Shown here piece after piece: positions 25,791 through 40,400 of a stretch of 64,000 nucleotides of DNA (the stretch's first letter is position 1; every line of letters begins with the position of its first letter). Made by a program: the position numbers and the translations under genes. The stretch is taken from assembly GCA_051362555.1 (NCBI GenBank), contig CM120642.1:25792001-25856000 (forward strand). Direction: 5' to 3'. Source of the DNA: Lingula anatina (taxonomy: Eukaryota > Animalia > Brachiopoda). Below the pieces are notes generated by a model. It saw only the letters and a list, made by a program, of their open reading frames with translations. It ran no database searches and was not told the origin of the DNA.

Positions 25791-26572
25791 TTCAATTCAT
25801 ACGTGTGAAATAACCTGCTATTATCCGGGTGGCCCTGTTTCGGCACAGTGCGGTAAAAATCCAAAATGGCGTCCGCAAACTATGCATACCAAATTGGGGT
25901 TGTGCAAAAGAAAATAGTGCCTACGTATAATAAATTATTTGATTCAGCCTTGTTCCATTAATGTTTTGAATGTTATTTTGCATTTATGTTATGTAAAATT
26001 GGTTTGAGCATATGTCAGATTTATATAATATCTTGTTTTACGGGAGGTATTTTTATTTCTCGATGTCAGGTGCCCTTCCTTTTCGTAAGAATACATGATT
26101 CATGCGACTCATCACAGGTCAAATAAGGTCAGATATATTAATTTGCCCTTGCCAGATATTTTATGCAGTGATAAATAGATATTAAAATGTCATTGCTTTG
26201 TTTTTCAACAACTGCTGTCTAAAATTCCAATATTATTACTCAACTCGTAGTCTTTTCCATGTGAATTGGCGTTGATCACTGAAGACTAAAAAGCGAATTT
26301 TCAAAGACCACCTTTATCAATGAATTTTTATAAAATAAATGGTTAAACATTACTCTCTCAATATAAGTTTATTTGAACGTTGCGTTAGTTGTGGTAGAAA
26401 AAATAAATCATATTGGGTTTATTCAAAATCAACCCATTTTATCATATATTTGATTACATCATTTTGATTCCTTATTTTAGTATCGCGCGACCTTGATTTA
26501 CAGCGCCACACCTACGTCACTCATTTCAGATTGCGGAAGCGAAGGGCGCTCATCTCAACTTTCTTGCAGCAA
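25791..26572. promoter_or_regulatory. Divergent promoter region for OGT and the multi-repeat thymosin gene, including a probable non-coding first exon ending at 26572
   Basis: CpG-enriched; YY1-like AAAATGGCG at about 25863; CRE-like tacgtca at about 26513; strong plus-strand donor CAA|GTAAGT at 26573. Confidence 0.55.
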
Positions 26573-27490
26573 GTAAGTATTAAGACTGAATAAAGCAACG
26601 GTCTTTTCCAAAAGTTTGAAAGACTCTTTGGTGTTATAAAGTTTTGCATTAAGTTGTAAAATTATAGGTGGTCAGTCTCGAAATTTCCACTTTTTTACGC
26701 TTTCTTTTGTCATTGTGGAGCCCGCCTACATTTATACGGCACCTGTTGCGGGTCTGAGATAGGTTTGAAGTGTTCATAGGGTCGCATTTGCAATGCACTG
26801 TTTGATTCACAGTTGTTGGCTTTGATAGGTAATGCAAATCGATTTTCAAACTCTCCATACAAGCTGCTCTCTTAAATGAAGTTTACCTCGTGGTACTTTT
26901 TAATTTAATTTTTTTATATTCATGGTAAAGTGAAGTAGCAGTGCAGTTCATTCATATCTAAAAGTTTATGATCAATAAATGTATTTAATTCATTCACAAC
27001 TTTGAATGAAGCGCATAGACTTCTTTTCACTTCAAAAGAGTTAGGTATGTCATTTGTTGCTGTCATCATGATAGTGCTTATGGGAGTGATCAAACCTCTT
27101 TTCTGTAAGTTTTTTTCCAGTTGTAGTATCAGTTCATTGTTTTCAAAATCAACTCTTCACTAACATTTAAAAACAATGATAGTTATGTAAATATTTTTGA
27201 GACATTATTTGGATTATGTACTACTTATTTATATGGCATGTTTTATCAGTTTTGTAAACAACTACTGTTTTAATGACTTAGGGCATTGGTTCACATCAAT
27301 GTTTTCGAAATAAACTATGCATTTAAAGAAAGCTTAAAACTTTTATTGATTTAGAAACTTTTAATCAGTTGACATTATTTGTTTAAAGGCTTTCAGCAGA
27401 ATTATATGATGGGTTAATAGCTTTTCACTATTCAGATCTCGAGATGTCAATGGATATCTCGTCTTAAAGTTAGTGTAAGGATGGGTGTCA

Positions 27491-27757
27491 TCTAGGCTGT
27501 GTTTAGATTAAAAAAATTATTAGACCAGCAGGATCGATCTATCTCTGCAAGAATTCTCACTTGAGTGTACTGATTGTAATCCGCTTAATTGTCAGGCTGG
27601 CCCCCTCCAGAAGCTTTGATAGAGAATTACCCCTTAGATTCTGGAGGGGGCTGGTCAGACAATTAAGCTGATTACATTGAGTGCACTTAACAAGAATCTT
27701 CCAGAGATAGGTCAATCCTGTCGGACTCGTAACTTTTAATCTGAATACAGCCTTAGA
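27491..27757 (+). repeat. Long degenerate inverted repeat (about 120-bp arms), probably a decayed foldback MITE
   Basis: Paired segments ggctgtgtttagattaaaa/ttttaatctgaatacagcc, caggatcgatctatctctg/cagagataggtcaatcctg, gcttaattgtc/gacaattaagc and ccccctccagaa/ttctggaggggg. Confidence 0.85.
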
Positions 27758-29522
27758 GACAATAGAAATCTCAAAAGCATTTGAGACTTATACCATTTAA
27801 CACAACAACAGGTCCTTTGTTTTTTGAATGTGTCATTGTGTAAAAGCTGTGAGAGTCATAAGATTATGTAGGAGACACAAATTTACTTCTAATATTTAAA
27901 CAAATCCTGTTTAATTTTTAACTCCTAGATTATCTCTGACCTTAACTTCCCATTGGTTAGCCAAAGTCAAACCAGGGAAAGGTCAGTGGGTTCTTGGTTG
28001 TTTTTTGTATGTCGAAAACAAGCAGTATCTTGTGGATATTGTTTTTGCTCACATGTTAAACTCAATATATACCAGTATATTTGAAATGATGTATCTTGCC
28101 TTGTTAAGACTGATGATAGCCTGTGTTTTATGTCAAAGTCTTGTTCTTATTGTTAGGTATGAGAATGAAAAATAGCACACAATAATAATAAGCTGCCATT
28201 AAGTAATTAGTTGCCACAGCTTGCTGTTGGTTTTTGACCACCCAGTTAAGTTTTGTAGTTCATTTTCAAATTTCATATTTATAAGTTCAACAATGATATA
28301 TTTGGTTTGGCCTCTGTAGTCCAGTGACCTGTCACATTGTATGCTTCATGCTATATATTTGGGCATGTTATTGTTCTGTCAGTTAAAGAAACATACTACA
28401 AATATAAACATATAGAATTAAAATAAACATACTAGTAAATGTATCTCAGAATAACTTGCTGTGTATTAGTTTTTAAGAGAGACATCTATTTTAATTTGCT
28501 GCTCCGTAAATTTTACAAACGAATAAAAAGGTAGGACAGAGCTGACCCAGTTGTCTTATTCCAAATAAGGCTGCATGGGATAGCCATAGTTGTTGGATAC
28601 CAGATATAGTCTAAGGAATGTGGGGTGATATCATAGGCATTAGACAAGGGAAATTCCACGGGACCAGACTTATTATAGTCAACAGATCAGCTAACATTTA
28701 CACAGGGAGAGGGGTTTTAATGAGTTTGTGTTTGTGGGGGTGTAGGGAATATTTCCCTTAATGGATTCTTGCAAGGACTTCTTAAATATATTGATTAGGT
28801 CACTGCAGGTAATAGGTGTAATATGACAGACCACTCTTTGTATACTTGTGTTATGACTTGCTTTGTTCCTTACTTTCGTTGATGTAATTTTGACAAGGTA
28901 ATATTATATGACTGTGGAGAGAAGACACTTTAGCCAATGACAGACATAAGCTTTATATAAAATAAGACAGAAGTGTAGATCAAATCACAGAATTCTGAGG
29001 TGTTTAATTCAGATTCACAAACCTGAGATTCCTCAAGTTTAAGTTTTTGCACGGTTCTGTTCCACAGTGAATGTTCAGATTTAGAAACAAAACAAAAATA
29101 GGTTCACCTCTGCAAGAGTACCTGGTCCATATTTTGGACTTCATTGTCAACTCACTGCTCGAAGACAGATGATAACCTAGACTGACAGGAGTGTCCTTCC
29201 ATATAACTAAGAGAGTATGCAGCTACATGAATATAGTACCATGCCCCAAACAGGATACACTGCTGTGGATTTTATCTAGGCTATGTTGAATTAAGAAAAT
29301 GAAGTGTTAGATAAATCAACAGTTTATTTAAGTGTACTGAGACTATCAATTTTTATAGTGTGCACTTTTGCATTTTGAAAGTTACCAAAGAAAAATTTAA
29401 TGCTAGATGCAATACCATGAAGTTTTATCTAGTGGAACTGTGTTGAATGAAAGTGGATTGTTAGATAAAAAGAATTTTGTTTAATATGATTGGTTGATTG
29501 ATTGAAGGATTTTGCTTCAATC

Positions 29523-29561
29523 ATTCTAAGATCTAATAAACAGTTTATTAGATCTTAGAAT
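29523..29561. repeat. Perfect 19-bp inverted repeat with 1-nt spacer
   Basis: attctaagatctaataaac-a-gtttattagatcttagaat. Confidence 0.9.
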
Positions 29562-31441
29562 CATTTAAACATTTTAATTTTTGTTTATTTTAATTCTACA
29601 TGTTTCTGAGAGCTGACTTTGTCGATAATGAGATGAGTGCCTTTTTCATATATTGTGTGTGCAACAAGTGCATGGGTGCATATACCTGCATATATATATA
29701 TATATATATATATACTCTCACTATGAGGAAATGGGTGCCCGATAGGGGCCATTATTAGAGATGCACTGTGTGCTTGATGAAGTGGTTATAAAGCACATTT
29801 ATTGCTGCAGGGAATGACAGTCATAAAATATGATGGAAAATGGATACCTCTACAGTTTTGGCTTCATTCCATTGAACAGTCTTAAGCTATGATTATTAAT
29901 TGAATTGTGAAGTGTTGATGGTTTATTAAATGTAATTTGGTGTGGGTTGTGTGACATTGCATGCTTTAAAAGGTAATAAATAAACCACATTTCCATTCCA
30001 TATGAAGTGATTGGACACCCTCCCCCCCCCCCCCTCCCCCCAGTACCACACCTGATAGGTGCTATGAATTCTCTTCCCTCTTTAAAAAAATGTCATGGTA
30101 TCTGTCAAGTTGCATACAAGTCAAAAGAAATTTTGTTTAATCAACTGTCAAACAAGAAGGATCCAACTTCCTGATTGAAGAATCAGATTGCCAATACTTG
30201 TTGATGTTTGTGTTTGTGATGTATGTATTGTGACAACATGCAAAGAGTAAAATTCTTGGAAGAGTAACTTGGTTGGTATACGAAGGCAAAAAGGAAGTGT
30301 TCGAACTGACTGTGGGTACATTTATGTGACCAGTTGATTATATTGCTATGTGCACTTGGAGAGGGAGGGGGCAGATTTCCTTTAGACTTCAATAAATTAA
30401 TACAGATGAGATTAAAGGCACCACATCATGCAGAAACCACAGAATTTTTTTAATGAGAATTGAGCTCTAGGTATTGATATTTGATTAAATGCAATTATAT
30501 CCCTCAGAAACATGCTGTGTCTTTCACATGAAATATTGCAATCAACATAACTTTTCTCTCAATAAAACTATGGTCCAAAGCAGTCTTGATCAAGATTAGC
30601 TGATTCTAGTCCTTGGATAGAAAATGGTACCAGCTGATTGGAAAAAAAACTGTGCATCCCTTTGAGAAACAACAGAGCAAAAACCTCCACAACCTGTTTT
30701 GCATGTGCAATGCAAGCAGGTGCATTAGAACGGTGACAGCAGGCACACATATTAAGTTCATATGTGGCATTTGATATTTTGCCATGGTGATAATATGAAG
30801 TGAACCTGTAGGCACTGGAAGTTAATATACACCTCGGTCTCTAAACTATACGCTGTTAGTTGCCACATGGGAGTTGACAATTAAACTGATGAGGAAGAGA
30901 CTAAGATTTTGGATATTTGATCTCAGAAACACATTTTTTTCCAGAATAGTAATCTTAGCATATTTTAGGTAGATGTAGAATCTGTTTTAGGAATCCATCA
31001 GTAGTTAATTATGGAAGTTTGTATTATTTATTGAATTTATCAGTGAATTTGAAACCAACTTAAACCAACAATTAATTACTATTTTAGTATACCAGTGAAT
31101 TTGAAACAAGCTTGAATGAACAAGCAGCTAGTATACTAATGAATTTGAAACTAGCCTAAACAAACAAGCAGCTTAATTAGAAGTTGTTAATTAACAAAGG
31201 TCTATGGGAACAGGACTGAGATGTGCATAAGTTTTTTTTTTTTTTTTTTTTTTTTTTAATTAAAACTGCCTTAGCATTAAACTAAGTGTTTGTAAAAGAA
31301 CATGTTGCTTTTCCTGTAAAAATGATAATAATAATACACAGCTTGATATGTGCACTGCTGTGTGCAGTGATAAGGCAAGGTGTTGAGAAGTATTAAATGA
31401 AATCAAAATTTTATCTTCAGAAACCTCAAAACTAACTCACA

Positions 31442-34400
31442 ATGGCAGACCAAGCCCACGCCGCAGTTGTGAAGTCAGCAGCCACGTTTGACCACAGTCA
31501 ACTGAAGCATACTGAAACAGAAGAGAAGAACCCCTTGCCAACAAAAGAAGGTAACATCTGATAATTCTGTTAAATTCTGTTCATAATTGGATACAAATAA
31601 TCGAGCATAATTTTTGTTGAGGTTATACATATAAAGTAAAATATTATTTAACTTTTTTAAAGTCTCATGTTTATCATGTCAGAATTCTTTCATCTATTTC
31701 ATACCGTATTCACAGGTTTCTTTCATCTATTTCATATTCACCTTCAGACTTCTTAATCATCATTAATAAAAGTGAAACATTTATTCATTCATTTAGTATT
31801 GTGTCTGATACAGTTTTTTCCAGTGTCTTATGTTCTTTAAAAGTGTCAAGAAAAGTATCCGGATTTACCCTGGACATCCCTTTTATGCCATTTATCTTGT
31901 ATTCTTTTTCTGTGGCATTCCTATTCTTGTCGTGCTGACAAGTCACCACCCCCTAAAGTGTGAAAAAAAAAAAGAAGTATCCAAATAATATGAAAGCTTT
32001 CACTGTGTGTGTCAATATGCTACATATTTCTCTGAGGCATTTCACCGAGTGTCCTGCATTTTGGCACATGTGTGTGATGTTCGTGTGAAGCAGGTGTGCA
32101 GTGGCTCTTTAGAAAATTGAAAATACTTTCTCACTTTGCACACATGTCAACATGTAGGAAGTGCCTGACTGAGGAACTCGGGATATGTTTTTAAAACCTA
32201 GTTAATAGTGGCCAGAATCCACAGATTAAGTGACAGGTGCCCATAGGTGTTTAATTAGCAGTCCATGTTCATTGTTGCAAAATAGGCATTCTATGTAGGG
32301 ATTGGAAAATAAAGCAGTTGTTGTGACAATATGGTAAAAGATTGAAGTGCTGCAAACCTTACAGTACATTTTAACACGTTTTTAGAAAGCACATTCAAAG
32401 CAATGCCAATATGTACTCTAGAATTTAAGGAAAATGTTGTACCTGCCATGCTAAAAACACTTCAGTAAAAATGATTAAATGGACAAGATTATTTTGTATT
32501 CATATGAAAAGCTTAATCCGATACCAGTAAGACAATGGGAATCAGTTCTTATTTTAGCATACACTTTGTGGAATTGGATTATGCAACTTCCTCCAACTGC
32601 TGAGGGGTAATGAATTTGAATTATTTAATTACTTACTACAACCAATGAAAAGACAACCAGGAAGTAATTAACTCAACCTAGGTGTCACCTCCAGTGACTC
32701 AAAATTCCATGCCAGATTTCAAAATCTGGTAAGTAGGAAGTGATACCACAAATGATCAAAATCAATAAACAATGAAATGACAAAACCCTATAGACATGTA
32801 TGAACCATTCAGGTGATAAGAATTGACATTGGCGTAGATAATTTGCAGTAGTCCAATGGCAGATCTTCTATTTTTCAAAAAGCTTTTCATTGATATTTAA
32901 AAAATGTCCGTAGTTGTCTGTTGAAAACCACAAGGAATATCTTAACAATGCAGAATGCTATTCTGGTCAACACATCCTTGTTGTTCAAATATTAAATCAG
33001 CATTTGTGCACATATAGACACAAACGTTGTACATTTGGTGTATTTCAGTTTAGTGAATAGTCATGTTTGATTTGATAAATGGAACAAAAGTGAAAAAGAA
33101 AGTGAAAAATGCTGTTTTTATCCTCATTCAAAAAATGTAAGTCAGTGCTTAAAATTTTCCTTTTTGGTTGCAATTTTCTTGATTGGCGGAACATTACTTC
33201 CCTATTTATACTGATGTCAACTATCAAGGAATATTGTATGAAGGATATTCCAAAGAGATATGTGCATTAGTGTCTGTCTGTGTATGAGAGCATTCACATC
33301 GAGAAGAGCCGAGGTCTAGCAAGGCCAAGACCTAATTATGGCGGACCTACATGAAAGGAAGTAATCCTTAAATAGTCTCTCAATGAATGTGAGTGAATGT
33401 CATTGAGACACTATTAAAGGATTACGCGGTCTTCCTTTAATGTAGGTCCGCCATATTTAGGTCTCGGCCTTGCTAGACTTTGTCTCTTCTCGATGTGAAT
33501 GGTCTCTATGAAGTATCTGTACACATTGGAGACTCTGAGGATATTGTAAATTCTTTATGGGCTTATATCTGTAGATTTAGGTGATCTGTGTATTTAATCA
33601 GGACAGATAAGTATCCAGTGGACACAATGGATTGATGTAATGACAAGTACAAAATGCATTGGATGAGATATGTCAACAAATATTACATGAACCACAAGTA
33701 ATTGTAATGGCAGTCTTGGTCAGTCTTGGTTCCATTTCTATGTTTAGTATGGAATCGGATGTTAAAACTGGTTTTTGATTTCTTTACATCAAAATGCACT
33801 GCTACATATCTTGTTTAAAATAAACCTTACATATGATTCTGCTGTTAATCCATCTTTGACGGTCATTGTCCTGTGTTGTCTAAAGGGTACTGTGATCAAG
33901 GAAGTAGACACCATTTTAATTAAAACTGATTGGGTTGCATATTTAAGTAATACATTTCAAGTGTTAAGGATGTATTTGTCAAGGGATAGGATGAGATCAC
34001 ACCACTATGTGCTGATATTCCTTGTACTCAATTAAGAAGTTCAAACTGTTCACTGGAGTGGCTGTCAGATTTCTCCATTTAATTTCTGTTTTCATTTCAT
34101 GAACCCAAAAGCTGTTTCAAGCAATATGGAAATAAAAATGTCCTTTTAAAACCATTATCGCATTTTGTCTCTCTCTCATTTACTTAAGAAATATAGTGGC
34201 ACAGTTCATAATTTATGGTTCTACCTGGGTACCTGACATAGCAGAGGTGCCAGTATATTTGTATATTTCTTTCTAACCTTTTTTCCCCATTAAGTAGCAA
34301 TAAGGAATTATATTTATTTTTAGATTTTTTTATATAATGGGCTTGGAGGCTGGGATTAACCAACATTTATTTCAGGGGAAAAAAAGGTAAAGATAAGAAT

Positions 34401-37400
34401 CAGAGGGATGTAAAGTTTTGACCTGAATCTGGTCTACAAGTGGTAAGCTATCATTTAAAACGGAGGTTTTTATCAGGAGTTGAAAAGGTCTGACAAAACA
34501 TACTAGCAACTATTTACACAATCATTTAAACTAGGTAAATGCTCTTACATGCACCTTGATTTTATGTGGATTTGGTAATGATTTGGTGAGACATTTGTTT
34601 ACTACAGGGTAGAGTGGCTTGTCTTTATAAGCAGTTACCCAAATTTGCTTTAAAAATGTCACTTGACACTTTCTACTCATCAGCAGCTGAATCCTGATTA
34701 AACTAAAAAGCCCATTTAGGGACTGTCCCCTAATTTTTAAAGGCTCTTAATGCCTATAATTTCTCAGAAACTGGCCCTTAACATTAAGATGTTTTGTTGA
34801 ATGAAGTTAGCCAACAATGTTGTCCAACTTTTCCTAGTCCACATGCGCAATTTATGTTACTTGATCAGTAATGAGATTTTTCCGACAATCGGCATATTTC
34901 TGATATTTTGGGAGCCAAAAATAATATTGGAGATCGATGCAGCCCCCTCACCCCCCCCCCCCTCCTGGACCCCACATCATATTTCCAAACTTTATCACTA
35001 AACAGCAATCTCATCCCTGTTGTATGTGATGAAAGACCCATACCGGAGCTAAGGTGACCACCTTAGTGAGGGTTCAGTTTTATGCATACAGCACAAATCA
35101 TAAGTGCTATATTATGTGGTTTGACACCAATCTTGATATAGTGGTCACATTACACTATTAGTCATTGCAGCCACGTTATCTGGGCCAGGCATGAATACTG
35201 AGCCACTGTTTACAGTCTCTGCGTAGGTGTGTAGACAAAGCTGGAACACGCTCCATGCTTCAGCAGAGCACTGAGCAGAAAACCTCCCTCTCAAAGAAAG
35301 TGGTATGAACTTGATGAATGTTTTCTCAGTGTTTTAAGTCCCGCTGGGGGAAAAAATTGAAGTATTGCGGCCTCACTATTTTACCTTTGACTGTCAATAT
35401 GTTTTTAGACATAAAATACTTTTTTTCAAGTCTACATTTTTTAATGCATTGATTTATGATCATTTTAGAAGCTAAACAATTGAATATTGTAGGTGGTTCT
35501 GTGTTTGACACAGTGCTGTACATTCAACTGAGAAAGATAAAATTGAGAAAAAAGCCTTAGAATTTGTATGAGCATTGAGATGCCTTTTCCTACATGTAGA
35601 TATTATGTAAATAACACAAATAATATGGAATTCACACTTCAAGAAAACTCAAACACTGATGTTAAACTCAGGTTTTGCCTGCTGTTGCTTTAGAAAACCC
35701 CAGCTCATTTCAATAAGAACAGTGTTATATGCTTAATGAAAATAGGCAGTAGAAAATACCATGATAGGGGCTCTTCTGAGGCTGATATTTTGTCAGCCCT
35801 AGCTGGGTCAATTCATTGTGGCTTTGGGACATCCCATCTTGTTTAACCAAGGTGTCAAACATTTCATGCCTTGTGGTCATGAAAAAAAAGGAACGCAATT
35901 GAAAAATACATGTAAGTAGCTGGTATTCATACAGTTTTAGATGGGTCATGACAATGGCTGGTGTTGCTTATGGCACACCTGTGACAAGAATACACTTGCA
36001 GAGTTCTACTTTGTTGGATTGGTTTTATGTATGGAAGAGTACTGTGTGTAGCACAAGAGATGTTTGTGCATGCAGGTCTGAAAAATATGAGTGGAGTCAT
36101 TGTAAGGGGTCTTGCCAGTGCTAAAGTTACATTGAATTTGTCTGATGTCAATAAAAGAAGTAAAACAAAAATATATGTGGGAACAGAATTAGTGCAAACC
36201 ATGAATATCTGATCAGTTTCTGATCATACTGTGTATAAGCATTTAACCAAAAAAAGATTTGACCCAATATTTCTTGATAAAAGTACCATAAACTATATAT
36301 ATATATATATGGAAAAGTTGGTCATTATGTCTCTTTAATTATGTAGTACGATTTTGTCACAAAATGTTTTGAGGTAAAAAGAACAGGATTTTTTTAAACC
36401 AGTTCTTTTAGGCCCTCTGCACGGGGTCATTGTACTGGAAAAGATGGTTTTGAAGCTACATGAAAAACACCATGGATAGTGTTTAGTAAGTGGAAATAAA
36501 ACTTTGAAAAGACACAGTGACGTGTTACGGAATTGTATTTAAAGTATATATACTCACTATAATGAGTGAGTCATCTAGGTATGGTGGCTGAGTTAATGCC
36601 ATATTAAAATAATCATACCAGGAACTGTGACTGTTTAATGCATGCAGATGATTAAATGATAATTAAAAAAATATAGCCACCTCACTGCCATTGTCACTCT
36701 GGATATTTTTGTACGCATGGAGGATGATGGGTAATGTTTTCTCCATTAGCCAAGACTCAAACAGCTCATTAATTTTTTTTTTTTTCGTTCAGGGTGGAGT
36801 TCATAGATGTCGGCTTAATCATTCTACCATTAAGATTAAACACTAATAAATCCAAGCCATAACCATATTATAACATTGTGTTTTATTGCTACAGGTAATG
36901 CTTTCTTTGTGTGTGTTAATGTTGCATAAAAATGTCATGTTCTCATGTTTTAATTAAAATGTAATATTTTGATACTTCAGGTTCAATTTTAAATGAGTTT
37001 GACTAAAATCTATCTAACAAGATAACATATATGTTTTTGTCCAAATGGTGGGTCAGAGAATAAAAAACTACATTCTTTTGACTCATTTACTGTATGTCTA
37101 ATGATTGAGCTCAAAAGAAAGTCACCTTAATTAGCATACCAACTTCATATCATATGTTCAAGATTAACATAAAATCTTGGACAAATTATGCAGGTTACCA
37201 ATTAACCCCTAGTTTGGTCAATGTACATGTGCTGGTATATTTATTTCACTAGATGAAGGCATTGATGCACATTTCCAAAGATGGAAAACAATTATTTTTA
37301 TTGAATATCTCTATGATTTATTTATAAAGATGCTCTAATTGTCTAGTTATTTTTTGTATAAACTGCCCCTACCCCCTCTCTTTCTCTTTCTCATTTGGAA

Positions 37401-40400
37401 GTGACACACATTTTTCTTTGACACACTGACCACATATCTATGATTACTTAATCCAAAGTGATATAAAGGGCATCATAAAGATGATAAATTGGCTATATTC
37501 TTATCAGTTGTAATTTACTCTACATGGTCATGTTAATCTTACACCCACATTTAGAGATTGAAACTCTTCCTGCAGTCCTTATAACTAGTGACTAATGAAC
37601 AACTATTGCAAAACCAGACTGTGGTAATTAATGCAGAATTAATTCTGCCATTTACCTTTGGCTGCATTTGCAACCAGCTTGATTGCACTATTTTTGCTGT
37701 TGCTTTTGCCAGATCAATACAGTTTTCTGCCAGTCTATGAAGTAATTATGATCATTACTTCAGATGTCTTATAAAATATTAAAGATCATGGCCCTTCCAA
37801 TGGGGAAAAACTGACCAAAGGCGTGGTCAAGACAGGCTGCTTAAATTCTTGGTGATACAGGACACCACTAGTTAACATATTGGCTGCATGACCAAAAGCA
37901 TATCTGGTCTTGATTGCTATGAATTGGGGATGATATTAACCACCAGTGAAAATGTCCAAAATGACCCCAAGCATGTCCAGGTATGGGGTTAATGATGATT
38001 ACAAGGGTCAGGAAAGTGCCAAAGGAAAAAGAAGATAGAAATGAGAAGTGCAGCTTCCAAGGCTACTTTCAGAATGAATTTGATAAAAATGATTTTATGT
38101 TCACACCAACTCCTGGGCCTCTATTGCTGAATGCTACATTAAAGTTTAACAGAGGTATAACAGTTTGTGTGCAGGAGAAGGTTAGGGAAATCCTCTTTCT
38201 TAAAATATGAACTTCAGGATCTTTAAAAAGATCAAAACAGAAACCGTTTTTCTGAAAACCTTTTGGTACTGGGCTTATTATGATGACCAAAAAGTGTCTG
38301 GAGACCTGAAATGCCCCTTGAAAAATCTTGACCATGCAATCGCAGTGCTGAAAGAAAAGCACAGACTATGCATATATCTCTTGTTTCTTTGTTATTTTAT
38401 GCCCACAGTCCAGTTAACTTGGTTTGAAATTATTATGGAAGATCAGTCATGTGTGGAACGCATTTGGTCACCTGTCAAAGAATATACAGTTGAATAAATG
38501 TTGTGAAGTATACACAACAAACAAGGTTCATGACTGTTTAGGCAAGTCAGTAGCTTTTCCAGACCAGAGAACAAAACCCTTTCCAGACATTAAAAAATTT
38601 GTTTCTTGTATTTTCACTGATACTGGTGGGATTTTGATAACAGAGACTTCCTGGTTGAAAACAGGAATGTTCATACTTCTGGAATTGTTTTCTTTCCTCT
38701 GTTTTTGCAGCTTGTCAAAACAGTCTGGAAGTTACCTAATCTTTTCATTCTACTGAAAACCAGATGACAGAAGAGTGTTTTTGAATTAAGTACTCTTGAA
38801 TTTAGTGACTGAGAAAATTTTTATTATTATTATATTTTTAAAATTCTTAACCAACTATGGTGTAGGGAAGTCTGGTACTTGCCCATCTCCTGGAAATTAC
38901 CCCCATATTTCTAGTATCTGTTTTCATGTACATTAACATGCTTTCTTTGTGTATTTCTATGTATTTTAGGAGAAACTTTCAAAGTATTTCTCTGTTGTGG
39001 TTTAGCTTTTGTCTCAGTAGACTCAAATGTAATCTTTGGAAGATGCATATATAATACTAGTATAATGTATGTGGACAACAATATCAGGGAATATTGAGAC
39101 ATTAACATTTCTTCAGATATATGTTATCTCTTTGCATGCCTAATGGATTTTATTTTTTGTTGGTAATTGTCATGTGATGTTCAGTGTTAATCCTGTTTTT
39201 TGTCATCTAACAACATTTGCAGTAAATGTTTATATTTTTGCCAATGTATGTCACCGTTACTGTTACTGTTCCACTTGCATGTTTTAATTTAATATTTAAG
39301 CTTTGTTGAAATGTGTTTTGTTTGTGGTTAGTAACTGTCACTGCTTTATTCACCTCGTGTGAGTAGATGTAAAAGAAGAGAAGAAAAGACAAAGCTTGCT
39401 AGATGAGGTGGCAAACTTCCAGTCCGAGAACTTGTCTCCGACTCAGACCAAGGAGAGGGTTGTCCTTCCAGACTCCATCAGTAAGTCCACCCACGGTCAC
39501 TAGTGGTCACTCACATGGTGTGGTCAAGAATTGCAGTGGCTTGTGTATTTATGCCTAGGTCTGCTTATGTACTAGCATTTTCACCATCTGTACTGCTTGA
39601 CTTGTGGCACTAATACGAGGACTTACATAAACTGTACAACACAAATGTTCTTTGATGTATAAAATGCAAACTTCAGTAGACTTTTTTATTCACAAGGATA
39701 AACAATCTCAAGCATATTAGTGGTTATGTTCAATAATGTTTTTTTTTTTTTTTCGTGTATCACTGGTGCATGAACTGGCATCAGATGTATGTGCAAGCAC
39801 GCATATGTACACATACATGTGTGCAATTGCATGAGCATGACAAATTGTTTTCGGAGACTAGATGCCTTGGGATTGTTTATCTGATATAGGCATACAGCAA
39901 AATATTCAAATAAAATACATAAAGGCATATAATAAACTTCTTTAGATGTAGCTAATACAACTTCTGAATTTCTAGACTGAGGGAATGGTTAAAGGTTGCA
40001 ATTCTTAATGCCATATATTAACTTCAATTTGCATCTGAATGTTCTCTTTATAAGTCACATAATAGTGATTTATTGTTCTTCTGTGGCTTGGTCTGAAGCT
40101 ATAATTCTAAATCAGAATGCCGTTATATTTGTTTATGCAGTGCTGTGATATCTCCTAGAGTATAATATTCTTTTGGCATATATTTGTTCCCTTGCAAGCT
40201 CTTTATTCTTGGTATTTGACCAGTCTACGTCATCTTTCTGAAGGTGTCTGATTTTATTTTTGACAATTTTCTTGAGGCGCTTCCCTTCAAGCTTAAATAT
40301 GTGCTTACTGTTGCACACAAACAAAAAGCAGTATAAGCTATGGACTGCAAAACCTAAACACTCTGTAGCAAGTGTCTTTATCAAAATTTGGAGTAACATG

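Noticed and set aside
31041-31175. Three short degenerate repeats (gaatttgaaac...aacaa)
   Set aside because: Ordinary decayed minisatellite with no further structure.
35171-35302. GC-richer exon-like segment in the first coding intron of the multi-thymosin gene
   Set aside because: Phase-1 frames hit TAG and there is no thymosin motif.
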